From: Candidatus Latescibacterota bacterium
GTDB taxonomy: Bacteria; Latescibacterota; UBA2968
Length of the DNA: 64,000 bases
Assembly (NCBI GenBank): GCA_965198115.1
Contig: OZ240241.1
Coordinates: forward strand, 4,672,001 to 4,736,000
Direction: 5' to 3'
In this document: one piece after another, positions 10,757 through 20,735 of the stretch
How positions within the stretch are numbered: position 1 is the first letter of the stretch
Layout: each line of letters starts with the position of its first letter
Position numbers and translations under genes: made by a program
The notes under the pieces: generated by a model
What the model was told of the DNA's origin: nothing
Databases searched by the model: none
What the model saw: the letters and a program-made list of their open reading frames with translations, nothing else

Positions 10757-10874
10757 ACCTAAGACTCTTTAGAGGCACGATCCATACCACCATCAAAAGG
10801 AGTACGCGGATCGCGCGTGCTCCTTTTAGTGTCTTTCATCGGTTTGGTCAAACATCATCTGTGGAAGGGAATGC

Positions 10875-11240
10875 ATGAAAGCAAGGAATCCGATTGTGAT
10901 CCCTTACGTTCACGACATGGATCGCGCGATCGCCTTTTACACTGGCGTCTTCGACGTGAAGCCGACTTTCGCGTCGGACGGATGGACGCAACTCGACTTC
11001 GGAGGCCTTGAAGTCGCCCTTCACATCATCGATCCTTCGTGGGGTCCGGAAAACGAGAGTCTCCTTCCGCACGCAGGGCTGAACCTGGAGGTTGACCGAA
11101 TCGAGGAGATCCAGGCGGACATCGAACGACTCGGCGGCAGACTGATCGAGCTACGGGAACCCCACAACGGAGTTCCCGTCCGAGTCGCAGTCTTCAAGGA
11201 TTCGGAAGGCAATGGATTCGAACTTCGACAGCAGCCGTAG
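10875..11240 (+). CDS. VOC/glyoxalase family protein
   Basis: DMDRAIAFY...F.DSEGNGFEL. Confidence 0.85.
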   Translation: MKARNPIVIPYVHDMDRAIAFYTGVFDVKPTFASDGWTQLDFGGLEVALHIIDPSWGPENESLLPHAGLNLEVDRIEEIQADIERLGGRLIELREPHNGVPVRVAVFKDSEGNGFELRQQP

Positions 11241-11270
11241 TGATTGGCTCATCGGATGTGGAGGAATCAA

Positions 11271-13196
11271 TTGAGCTCAGCTGAAGTTTCTGCTTCAACG
11301 TCACTTGCCTACACAACCCCGGATCGTCTCGCCCAAGACTTCGCCAGTCGCGGGATCGTCGTGTTGTCACCCGAAAGTCTCGGAATCTCGCTCGACGTTC
11401 ACGAGCGGGTATTCAGAGACGAGAAGCTGGCGGATGAAGCGGGAGAACGCGTTACGCCTTCGCGGATCCCGGCCGTCCTGGAGGTACTTAACGCACCCGG
11501 TCTGGTCGAAGCCTGTAATCAGCTCGCCGGGGAAAACTGGGCCATCGTCCCCTTCACGCACAATGCCTCTTTCAAGAGCGGACCACGAGACCAGCACTGG
11601 CACAAGGACGACAACGGACCCTACAATAGCCGCAAGCAGCGTCACCACCAGGCCGTCCAGATCGAGATGCTCTACTACCCTCAGGAAGTGCGAGAGGACA
11701 TGGGGCCGACGGCCACGATTCCCTATTCCCACTACTGGACCTTTGATCACGAAGAGAACCACGACAACTTCGCGGGCGCCGATCATCTCGACTTCAACTA
11801 CCAACTCGAGGGAATGGAACGCGTCCGCCCCAGCGGGCCCGACTCCGGTTACGATGTCGAAGACATCGTCAACCAGCGTACTCCGCACGACATTCGGATG
11901 CGAGAGGCTGTTACGAACACCCGGTGGCCGATCGTTCGTCAGTTCGAGGCGGCCCCACTCGACGCAGGCACCATTATCCTCTATTCCCATAACACCTTCC
12001 ATCGCGGCAATCATCGTCGCGATGATTGGCGGACCTGGGAGGGCGACCCGCGCTTCATGTGGCGCTTCTGGATCTATCGAACCACGGATCGCACGTCGAT
12101 CACCGTCCCGGAGATCGACTGGAATGGGCTTGGAACCGACGCGTTGACCGGAATCGATCTGTCCGACGCGGGCGAAGACGTCACCGTCCTCTGGCGATAC
12201 CACCACCACTGGATCCAGACTTGTCAGCCACCACCGCCACGAACCGAAGCAGCGACACTGTCGCCCTCTACCCGAAGCGAGGAGGCCGATCGACTCTCGG
12301 ATCAACTTCGAGCGAAGTTCGATGAATCCGAGCCCAAGCGCATCGGCGCAGCGTATCGATTGGCATCGATCGGAGATGTCGAACTCGCTGTGAGGCATCT
12401 CGGCGAGGTACTCTACGACCATCGTGAGAGCGTCAGGCGCGCAGCCACCTATGGTCTCATCGCAGTCGGTGAACAGTCGGCCGACACTTTCATCAAGGCG
12501 ACGCGTTCGCCCGTCAAGTGGGTGCGCAAAGCCGGGGTCTACGGATTGGGCGACGCGAGTCCACTGACCAACCAGGTGCTCGAAGCCGTCGTTGCGCGAC
12601 TTCACCAAGACCCTTCTGTCTACGTCAGATCGGTCGCCGCGGGAACGTTGGGCTGTCTCGGTAGACGGGCAATAGCAACTGGTGTGGGCACCTCCTTGAT
12701 TCCAGCATGCCTCGAGGCACTCGTGCAGAGTCTGGCCGTAGAAGAAAATCGTATCTCAATGGATCTGGCGCAGGGCCGGAGCATCAAATTCGTCCGTCCG
12801 ACCGATGAGTGCGACGTCTGCGAGGGCGGTGGCGTCGACTTCGGTCTCGATCGATTCAGCCGTGTCCGATCGGCTGTGCGGGAAAACGCCCTATGGTCCG
12901 TCGTCATTCTCTGTTCACACGGGACGCGGGTGACAGGTTCCGCACTGGAGTTAACTATTCAAGCTCTCAGAGAGATCGTCCGCACCGACGAAAACGTCAT
13001 CTGTGTCGGGTTCGCCCAGGATGCTCTGACCCGTCTGGCTAAGCTCACCCCACCGGACGAAGAGAGCGGCTCTCTGGTCAACGACCTCAGAGAGAATCTT
13101 ATCTCGGTCCTGGGTGAGGCACCCGTTCGACCCTGGGAAGCGCTCGTTCGTGCCGGTCTCGATGCCGACGCCCTGTCCGAATTCACGAAGTCCTGA
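11271..13196 (+). CDS. PhyH-like dioxygenase fused to HEAT repeats
   Basis: WHKD, IPYSH, TFHRG; C-terminal VRRAATYGL / VRKAGVYGL / VRSVAAGTL repeats; TTG start after GGAGG. Confidence 0.75.
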   Translation: MSSAEVSASTSLAYTTPDRLAQDFASRGIVVLSPESLGISLDVHERVFRDEKLADEAGERVTPSRIPAVLEVLNAPGLVEACNQLAGENWAIVPFTHNASFKSGPRDQHWHKDDNGPYNSRKQRHHQAVQIEMLYYPQEVREDMGPTATIPYSHYWTFDHEENHDNFAGADHLDFNYQLEGMERVRPSGPDSGYDVEDIVNQRTPHDIRMREAVTNTRWPIVRQFEAAPLDAGTIILYSHNTFHRGNHRRDDWRTWEGDPRFMWRFWIYRTTDRTSITVPEIDWNGLGTDALTGIDLSDAGEDVTVLWRYHHHWIQTCQPPPPRTEAATLSPSTRSEEADRLSDQLRAKFDESEPKRIGAAYRLASIGDVELAVRHLGEVLYDHRESVRRAATYGLIAVGEQSADTFIKATRSPVKWVRKAGVYGLGDASPLTNQVLEAVVARLHQDPSVYVRSVAAGTLGCLGRRAIATGVGTSLIPACLEALVQSLAVEENRISMDLAQGRSIKFVRPTDECDVCEGGGVDFGLDRFSRVRSAVRENALWSVVILCSHGTRVTGSALELTIQALREIVRTDENVICVGFAQDALTRLAKLTPPDEESGSLVNDLRENLISVLGEAPVRPWEALVRAGLDADALSEFTKS

Positions 13197-13217
13197 GAGA
13201 TCAAGGATCTGAGTATC

Positions 13218-14096
13218 GTGGGTTGTTTGACTGAACAAGCGGATGGTTTCGAATTCGAAACGGAGGCAATGGCCGGACGCATCGCGCCCGAGGGCGCTTA
13301 CCACGGCGTGTGGGCGCTTCGTGACAAAGCGTCTGGCCAGGAGTTGATTCATCCCGACTATTCGGCGTTGAACCTGTTTCGTCTGTTTGCCGTACATCAA
13401 GGCATGGGACAGCCCAGAACCTTGCCACGATCCGTCGACTGCGACGGCGACAGCGTGACGATCCGCTGGGCACCCACGGATGCTCATCAAGGGGACATCG
13501 AAGCCCGGTATGCGATCACGGGGCCTGCATCTATCGACCTGACCGTGAGTACGCGAATCCACGGCACCTATGCGGGCTACGAGCTTTTCCTGTCCAGCTA
13601 TTTCGATCCCGACCTTCGCCCCTACGTGTACTTGAAGGGTAACCGTTACGGCCAATCGGCAGATGGTCAGGACCGCGTGTGTCCAACCGTCAGCGACGTC
13701 TTTCGAGGCACTGTACTCGTCTTTGCGCGGGACGCCCACGCATCAAGACGCTGTATCGACGGCCGATGGGACCGGAGCGAGTGGGAATCCCCGACAGTTC
13801 AAATGTGCCCCGTTCGTCACTATGCCGTTCCCGTCGCGTATCTCGAAGATGCCGAACACGGCCGCGCCGTCGTGTTGATGTCTAGAGCAGAGGAATGTAG
13901 TTCGATCAGCACGCGCTACTTCGCAGAGAACGAAGCCGACAGGATGACATCCTACAGCGCCTTCGACTTTTCGCTCTTCGGACAAGACGTCGTCCCATCG
14001 CAGGAGATACACGCTCGCGTGCGGATGACGCTTGTCTCCCTGACCGACGAGTCGGATGCCGCATTGGATGCATACGAGGCCTTCCAAAGCGAGTAA
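13218..14096 (+). CDS. Hypothetical protein (beta-rich)
   Basis: 292-aa ORF in operon order with typical codon use. Confidence 0.6.
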   Translation: MGCLTEQADGFEFETEAMAGRIAPEGAYHGVWALRDKASGQELIHPDYSALNLFRLFAVHQGMGQPRTLPRSVDCDGDSVTIRWAPTDAHQGDIEARYAITGPASIDLTVSTRIHGTYAGYELFLSSYFDPDLRPYVYLKGNRYGQSADGQDRVCPTVSDVFRGTVLVFARDAHASRRCIDGRWDRSEWESPTVQMCPVRHYAVPVAYLEDAEHGRAVVLMSRAEECSSISTRYFAENEADRMTSYSAFDFSLFGQDVVPSQEIHARVRMTLVSLTDESDAALDAYEAFQSE

Positions 14097-14267
14097 GCGA
14101 GGGCGGACCTTGGTCACTCCCGGTTTGCGAAAGTGGCTCCAGTCGTGCTTCGATACAACCTGCTCCTGGCGTCTCAAAGGGCTGCGCCTTTAGCGCCATA
14201 CAGCTGAGGTCACTCAGCATGACCGGAGGCTCGTCCGGTCGTCACAGACCGTGATTACGTTATCATC

Positions 14268-15389
14268 GTGCCCCATCCCCGATCTGACAAAAAGTCGCGT
14301 CCGAAGAAACCTCGAGGGCGTAAGGCACCATCGAAAAGAGGTGGCTCCGAGCAGCGTTCGGAGTATCTGTGGACGGTATCGGCTCTCGAGGGAACGCAAG
14401 ATCTTGTTCGCGATGAATTGATACGGCGATTCGGCAGCGACTGTTCGATCGTCGACCACGGACGATCGGATGAGGTCCATTTTGGATTCCGTGGACCAGC
14501 GAACAAGCTTCTGTCCATCGCGACAGCTCAGACGCTTCATCTGCGGAAGGATTTCGCTGTACACCGCCCGCGAACGCTACTTAGCCCCGAACACACGGCA
14601 GCGCTTGTTGAGTTGATCGAAAATGCTCAGAGGGTTGAAGGCAAGGACAAGGTCTCGGGATTCAGATTCGACGCGGCGGGGTCAGGATCACCGACCATGC
14701 TTCGCATCGCCGAACAGCTCGAGAATCGCCTGGGAATGCCTTTCGATCGGGACAACGGAGACTGTGTCATCGCCTTCCGCCCCAGCGAGAAGGGCTGGGA
14801 AGTACTGTGCCGTGTCGGGAACCGGCCTCTTGCGACGAGAGATTGGCGCAAGGTCAACTATCGCGGGAGTCTGAACGCCGCGATCGCGTCGTGCATGGTC
14901 GAGCTGACCCGTCCCAAGAGGGAGGATCGATACCTCAACCTGATGTGCGGCAGCGGGACGCTCCTGATCGAACGTCTGCTCCGCCAGCGCCCCCGCACGG
15001 CGGTGGGCGTCGATATTTCCGAAACGGCTGTGACAGCCTGTCGCCAGAACGCGGAAGCGGCGCGATTATCGGAGCACTTGCAGATCGTCACCGGCGATGC
15101 GCGGACTGTTGGATTCCGGGATGCATCATTCGACGCCATCACATCGGATCTACCGTATGGGGACGAGCACGGCTCTCGCTCGTCGAATGTGTCTCTGTAT
15201 CGGGATGCGCTCGGAGAAGCAGCACGTCTGTGCCGGTCAGGCGGAGTCGCAGTCGTTTTGACACAGGACATTCCTTCTCTCGAAGCTATCCTGCCGGAGG
15301 CACTGAAAAAGTGGAACGTCATCGATGAACGAAGAATCGTCCAACGCGAGTATCATCCCCTATGTATGACGTTTCAGAGAAAGGGGTGA
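14268..15389 (+). CDS. RNA methyltransferase (RlmL/Trm11-like)
   Basis: MCGSGTLLIE SAM motif, DLPYG motif IV, basic N-terminus. Confidence 0.8.
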   Translation: MPHPRSDKKSRPKKPRGRKAPSKRGGSEQRSEYLWTVSALEGTQDLVRDELIRRFGSDCSIVDHGRSDEVHFGFRGPANKLLSIATAQTLHLRKDFAVHRPRTLLSPEHTAALVELIENAQRVEGKDKVSGFRFDAAGSGSPTMLRIAEQLENRLGMPFDRDNGDCVIAFRPSEKGWEVLCRVGNRPLATRDWRKVNYRGSLNAAIASCMVELTRPKREDRYLNLMCGSGTLLIERLLRQRPRTAVGVDISETAVTACRQNAEAARLSEHLQIVTGDARTVGFRDASFDAITSDLPYGDEHGSRSSNVSLYRDALGEAARLCRSGGVAVVLTQDIPSLEAILPEALKKWNVIDERRIVQREYHPLCMTFQRKG

Positions 15390-15486
15390 AGGCCCGGAAT
15401 CAAGGCAGAGGCCAAGCTTCGCCTACTCAGAATGGAGCACATTCAACTTGCGATTCTAACTTCTGAAGACATAGCGGGAGAAGTCC

Positions 15487-15891
15487 GTGGAAATCCTATA
15501 TAAGAACAAGGACTCAGGCGTCTGCTGGGAGAGGGTTTCTGAATTGTTCGAAGCCGTTGGATGGGGTAGAAGATCTCCCGGTGATCTCAAGCAGGCTTTT
15601 GAGAAAAGCACCTACGTTCGAATCGCGTATCATCGAGAAAGGATCGTCGGGGTCGGAAGAACAGTTGATGATGGCCGCTACTATGGTATGATCGTAGATC
15701 TGGTGGTTGATCCTGACTATCAAAGGAAAGGCATTGGCTCAACGATTCTTGAGCAGTTAAGAGAGGAGATGGCAGGATTCTTGATCATATCCCTGACCGC
15801 TGCCCCGGACAAATACAGATTCTATCTGGAGCGAGGATGGAAGAGGTCCAAATCGGCATTTCATTGGCCTGGTCGCGTGAATGATGATTGA
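15487..15891 (+). CDS. GNAT acetyltransferase
   Basis: VVDPDYQRKGIG, FYLERGW; visibly more AT-rich than neighbours. Confidence 0.88.
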   Translation: MEILYKNKDSGVCWERVSELFEAVGWGRRSPGDLKQAFEKSTYVRIAYHRERIVGVGRTVDDGRYYGMIVDLVVDPDYQRKGIGSTILEQLREEMAGFLIISLTAAPDKYRFYLERGWKRSKSAFHWPGRVNDD

Positions 15892-15984
15892 TCCAAAGAC
15901 GCGCTCCTTGTCTTGTAGTTCCCGGCTGCACCAGCCCTTGACACGACCTCAAAGATCCTGTCAAACGCGAAAGGATAGCAGATA

Positions 15985-17049
15985 ATGCCTGATCCGAATC
16001 TGAAGCAGGTCGAGCCCCTGACGACCAGTCAGATCGCCCAGTTCAAACGCGATGGCTTTCTCGTTCTCCCTTCGGTCCTCGACCCGGAGCTTTGCGCGCG
16101 GGCCCGCGACGAAATGTGGGAGACAATCGACGAGCACCTTCCCCGAATGAAGAGGGACGATCCCACAACGTGGACTCACATCACCGAAGAGGAAAACGCG
16201 AGACTCAGCGTCAGACCGGACGGTGGTGGGGATCCCTACTTCAACGGCAACGGCCCCAGATTCACGGTCAGAAACGGTGCGGAGGAAATCCTGCTGAACC
16301 TCGCTCCTCGTGCGTTGTGGAAGGTCGCTGAGCAACTTCTGGGAGAAGGAACCGTGGTACGGCCGGACGGCCTGGACGCGTCGGGCACTGCGACCGGTCC
16401 GGCCTTCATGTGCGACGACGTCGTAGGCGGGCTCGTCTCGCACGTGGGCCACGACATGGGATGGCCCCCCGAAGGAACCTTTGCAACGGAGCAGGACCTG
16501 CGATTGCCGAAGACCGGACCTGTCTGGCTGAACGGACAGGGCACGCGTGGACTGTATTGTACGTTACCGAAGAGCCCGGATCCCGGCGCCGATTTCCGCG
16601 GCGCCCACTCCGATGGTCCGTGCTATGGCCGCTTTCGTTTGCAGATATCGGCCTACATCGACGACGTGCCGCCTGGCTGTGGAGGTTTCACGATCTGGCC
16701 CGGGAGCCACGCACGGATCTGGCCGGAGCAATGGGAGGCCTTCAAGGAGGGCGAAAAGCACACGGACAAACATCTGGCCGTGCGCAAAGCGGGCGGCTAC
16801 ACCGATCCCGTCATCGGTGAGATCAAGGCCGACACCGAACCGGTCGATTGCCACGGCCCTGCGGGGACCGTGGTGCTGTGGCATACCAAGATCCTGCACA
16901 TCGCCGGACAGAACGCTTCCGACAACGTCATCCGTAAGGCCACGATCTACGGTTTCCTCAAGACGCCCAAGGCCCTCCCCGACCCGCTCGTCACAGACAA
17001 CACGGACGGTGATCTGTGGCGGGACTGGTCCGACGAGGTGCGGGCGTGA
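15985..17049 (+). CDS. PhyH-family dioxygenase
   Basis: QFKRDGFL, HSD, WPGSH, ILH. Confidence 0.82.
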   Translation: MPDPNLKQVEPLTTSQIAQFKRDGFLVLPSVLDPELCARARDEMWETIDEHLPRMKRDDPTTWTHITEEENARLSVRPDGGGDPYFNGNGPRFTVRNGAEEILLNLAPRALWKVAEQLLGEGTVVRPDGLDASGTATGPAFMCDDVVGGLVSHVGHDMGWPPEGTFATEQDLRLPKTGPVWLNGQGTRGLYCTLPKSPDPGADFRGAHSDGPCYGRFRLQISAYIDDVPPGCGGFTIWPGSHARIWPEQWEAFKEGEKHTDKHLAVRKAGGYTDPVIGEIKADTEPVDCHGPAGTVVLWHTKILHIAGQNASDNVIRKATIYGFLKTPKALPDPLVTDNTDGDLWRDWSDEVRA

Positions 17050-17119
17050 TTCCCAAGACGATCTGATCCACACGGACGCGGAGTTGCACCGCAACATCTG
17101 CGAATTCAGGAGGCGGAAG

Positions 17120-18186
17120 ATGACACCGAGGATGGAACCGATCACAGATGCGAGTGCGTGGACGGGCGACGACCTTCAACGGGACGCTTCCTGGACATTC
17201 AGCGTCACCGAGAAGCACAAGGCCGATCTCGATCAGGCCATTCGTCAGGTCAAAGATCGCGGAATGCAATTTGCGGAGATCACATCCGAAGACTTCCCAC
17301 TCCCCTCGATGAAGGAAACCCTCCAAGACCTTCTGGACGAGCTTCGCACGGGAAGAGGGTTCGCGGTCCTCAGCGACGTCCCGACGAGCTATGACTACGA
17401 AGACCTGGAGAGACTGTATTGGGGTCTCTGCGCCCACCTGGGCACGGGAGTGACACAGAACAAAGAGGCTGGCCTGATCCACTACATCACCGACGGAGAG
17501 CTGCGGCCTCAGAAAGGCGCACGCCTTCTCGGCAAACCGACACCCGTCAAACTGCACGTCGACCTCGCCGATTGCGTTGGTCTCTTTTGCATAATACGCC
17601 AGGCACCCGACGATCCGCAGAGCCTGGCCTCGAGTTCCATGACCGTCTACAACGAAATCCTGAAGCATCATCCGGAATACCTGACCCGTCTCTACGAGGG
17701 CTTCCCGTGGAAACGGATCGATTCTCCGTTCGACGAAACGCCATACTCCGACTTCAATGTCCCCGCTTACAGTGAGGCCGACGGCGTCGTGACCTGTCGC
17801 TTTCACCCCGGTTGGATCCGAGGGGGGTTGAAGGCCGCGGGAAAGGAACTCACCGACGACGAAACAGAGATCTTCGACTTCATCGCGCAGACAGCCGTGG
17901 CGAACAGCTTCGCCTTCCCCTGCGTACGGGTGATATCGCCTTCTTCAACAACTACACCGTTTTCCACGGTCGCGATGGCCACGCGGAGATCGAAGAGGAG
18001 TCGGACAAGCGTGTCCTCCTGCGGATCTGGATGAACCTGCCGGATGTCCGGCCCTTCGCGGACGAGGGGGCGGTCCGCTACGGTGCGCTCCGTCACGGTC
18101 ATATGGGTTGGACAGCCGCCGACTTGAGCGCTGGCAATCACAACACGCCTCATCGCAAACGCGACGATGGCGTGCCGGAGGTATAG
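17120..18186 (+). pseudogene. TauD/TfdA-family dioxygenase, frameshifted near 17920
   Basis: AWTG, GRGFA, HVD; continues in another frame as GDIAFFNNYTVFHGR...RVLLRIW; shift at a C run. Confidence 0.8.
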
Positions 18187-18191
18187 TGAGG

Positions 18192-18219
18192 GTAGGGTCA
18201 CGGCATGCCGTGACCCTAC
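18192..18219. repeat. GTAG-type REP-like perfect 28-bp palindrome
   Basis: GTAGGGTCACGGCATGCCGTGACCCTAC. Confidence 0.7.
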
Positions 18220-18240
18220 GACAACCGACAAAGATCACCC

Positions 18241-19614
18241 ATGAAGCCCAACCTCCTCTTCATCTTCACCGACCAGCAGCGCGCCGACACCATGGCCTGC
18301 TACGGGAACACACACGTACAGGCCCCCAATCTCAATGCGCTGGCCGATCAATCGTTCGTGTTCGACAACGCCTATGTGACCCAACCTGTTTGTACGCCCG
18401 ATCGATCGACGATCATGACCGGTCTCTATCCGCACACAAACGGCTGTGTCGGCAACAACGTGCGACTGAATCCCGACGTGCAGACCCTTGCCGAGATGGT
18501 CTCTGACGACTACGCAACGGCCTACATGGGGAAGTGGCATCTGGGCAACGAAGTCATCGCCCAGCACGGTTCCAGGAGTGGGTGTCGATCGAAGACAACT
18601 ATCGGCAGCACTATACCGAGGACGAGTACCTCGAGACGCTCAGCACCTATCATCATTTCCTGGTAGAGAACGGATACGAACCAGAACACGAATCTCTCGG
18701 AAAGCGCGTCTTCCGTCGGCCAACCTGCCCGAGGCGCATACGAAGGCGACCTTTCTTGGACATCAGGCTTCGCACTTCATCCGCGAAATCACCGAACCGT
18801 TCGTGCTCTATGTCAACTTCCTGGAGCCGCACTCGCCCTACTCCGGTCCCTCAACGACTTTTATCCACCGAAGGAACTACCAGTCGGTCCCTCCTTCCTG
18901 CAATCTCCCGCCCAGGACACATCAGAACGCACGAGAGCAAAGGCTGAGTCGTTCAACCACAAGTCGACCGAGGGTCAGGACCTCTCGACCGAAGCGGGCT
19001 GGCGCAAGGTTCGTGCACAGTACATGGGACTCGTGACGATGGTTGACCGGGCGGTAGGGAGTATCCTCACAGCGTTGGAGGAGAGCGGTCACGCCGATAA
19101 CACGGTCGTCGTCTACACCTCCGACCACGGCGACCAAATGGGCGATCATCGGATGTTCGGGAAGGGAGTGTTCTATGAGGAATCGACCCGGATTCCTTGC
19201 CTGATGCGAATCCCCTCCATGGGCGCATCGCAGACCAGAATTCCGGGGCGGTTCAGCCAGATCGATCTCGTACCCACGCTACTGGATCTCCTGGGAGAAT
19301 CGATCCCCGATCATCTGCAAGGTCAAAGCCGGGTGCCCGTCCTGGAAGGAACTGAGACGCTCGAAGGGAATAATGCCTTCTTCGGATGGAACTCACCTGA
19401 CAATGAGGATCCGTGGCGGTGCATCGTCTCCTCGGAAGGCGAAAAGCTCAACCTCAGTCCGACCGATCAGTGCGAGTTCTATGACCTGAACGCCGACCCT
19501 CACGAGCTGCAGAATCGCTTCGACGATCCATCCTGCAAGGATCGGATTGAAGATCTCACCAACCGCATCAGACAATGGCAGGAACAGACCGACGACCCAC
19601 AGCCCCGCGTGTAG
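18241..19614 (+). pseudogene. Sulfatase with three apparent frameshifts (about 18569, 18722, 18848)
   Basis: PNLLFIFTDQ, CTPDR, GKWHLG, EPHSP, SDHGD, spread over successive frames. Confidence 0.85.
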
Positions 19615-19692
19615 TCAGCGACGTGCCCTTCAAAGCGAAACATATCTCCGCTTTAGTAACTCATACCAAAAGGAGGATCGGAAGAACGGATC

Positions 19693-20514
19693 ATGAGATA
19701 CTATTTCAGAGAAAACGTGCGTCGATACGAAAAGATGACGCAGATGGGGGTCGACAGCTGGGCGGAGTGGGCTTACGGCGGTACGGACTACAACGACTTC
19801 TCATCCCGTGCGTTTCTCGAGTTCGCCCTGCCCAAGCTTCGGTTTCGGACAAGCTACCCACGAGCGCTCGAACTGGGGACGGGCGTCGGACCCGGCGCGC
19901 TCATGCTCGCCGAGCTTGGATTCCGGGTCACGGGGTATGACGTGATCCCGACGGCAATCGAAACGGCACGGAAGATCGCGACAGACCGCGATCTCGAGAT
20001 CACCTACGAAGTGATGGACGTTACTCAGATTCCTCACGACGGAGAATCGTTCGACCTTATCGTCGACAGCTACTGTATCAACCACATCGTATTCGTCGAA
20101 GAGCGGACCCGCGTGTTCGAGAGCGTCAAGGCGAGGCTGAAACCGGCCGGATATTACCTCGTCAGCTCTGCCGTCTACAATCCAGAGCGTCACTCGCCCG
20201 ACGAGAAGATCGTCGACGCATCGACTGGGCGGACCTACGACCTCTACGATGGCGACTGCCTCTACGATCCCGAAACCGACTATCTTTTCGAACCGTTCGG
20301 ATTAAATCCCTCCGAGTACGAGCGGAACGAGCCGTGTACGGACAAGCTCATCGTCAACAGGGAATCCTACATCCCCCTGCGGTGTTACCGGAACCGAGAA
20401 AGGCTAGAAGCCGAGCTGAAAGCGCACGGATTTGACACGCTCCTCTATCATGGTGAATACGAAGAGAGTTTGCTCTGCGTCCACGAGGGAAGCGGCACCC
20501 AGCTCGCGCCCTGA
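19693..20514 (+). CDS. Class I SAM-dependent methyltransferase
   Basis: LELGTGVG, FDLIVD, LKPAG; GGAGG RBS. Confidence 0.85.
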   Translation: MRYYFRENVRRYEKMTQMGVDSWAEWAYGGTDYNDFSSRAFLEFALPKLRFRTSYPRALELGTGVGPGALMLAELGFRVTGYDVIPTAIETARKIATDRDLEITYEVMDVTQIPHDGESFDLIVDSYCINHIVFVEERTRVFESVKARLKPAGYYLVSSAVYNPERHSPDEKIVDASTGRTYDLYDGDCLYDPETDYLFEPFGLNPSEYERNEPCTDKLIVNRESYIPLRCYRNRERLEAELKAHGFDTLLYHGEYEESLLCVHEGSGTQLAP

Positions 20515-20526
20515 GAACGACACGAA

Positions 20527-20709
20527 TTGGAGAAAGAGATGGTAGGCAGCCTGAAACGTTGGCACCTGATAGTGGCGCTTCTCAGTTACCTGCTGGTGAT
20601 GTTCGTGATCGCCATGGCAGTTTCTTCACCTATCGCGAAGACAGTCGTCATCGCCGCCATCCACATCGGAGCCGCCTACATCGGCCTCAAGCATAAATCC
20701 AAAACCTAG
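20527..20709 (+). CDS. Small two-TM membrane protein
   Basis: Two hydrophobic segments and a basic tail; fills the intergenic gap. Confidence 0.5.
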   Translation: MEKEMVGSLKRWHLIVALLSYLLVMFVIAMAVSSPIAKTVVIAAIHIGAAYIGLKHKSKT

Positions 20710-20735
20710 GACGCTTCGCCCTAGAAGGTGTAGAA

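Noticed and set aside
16547-17119. Long N-terminal extension of the TauD ORF
   Set aside because: Overlaps the PhyH gene in another frame; the real start is 17120 after AGGAGG
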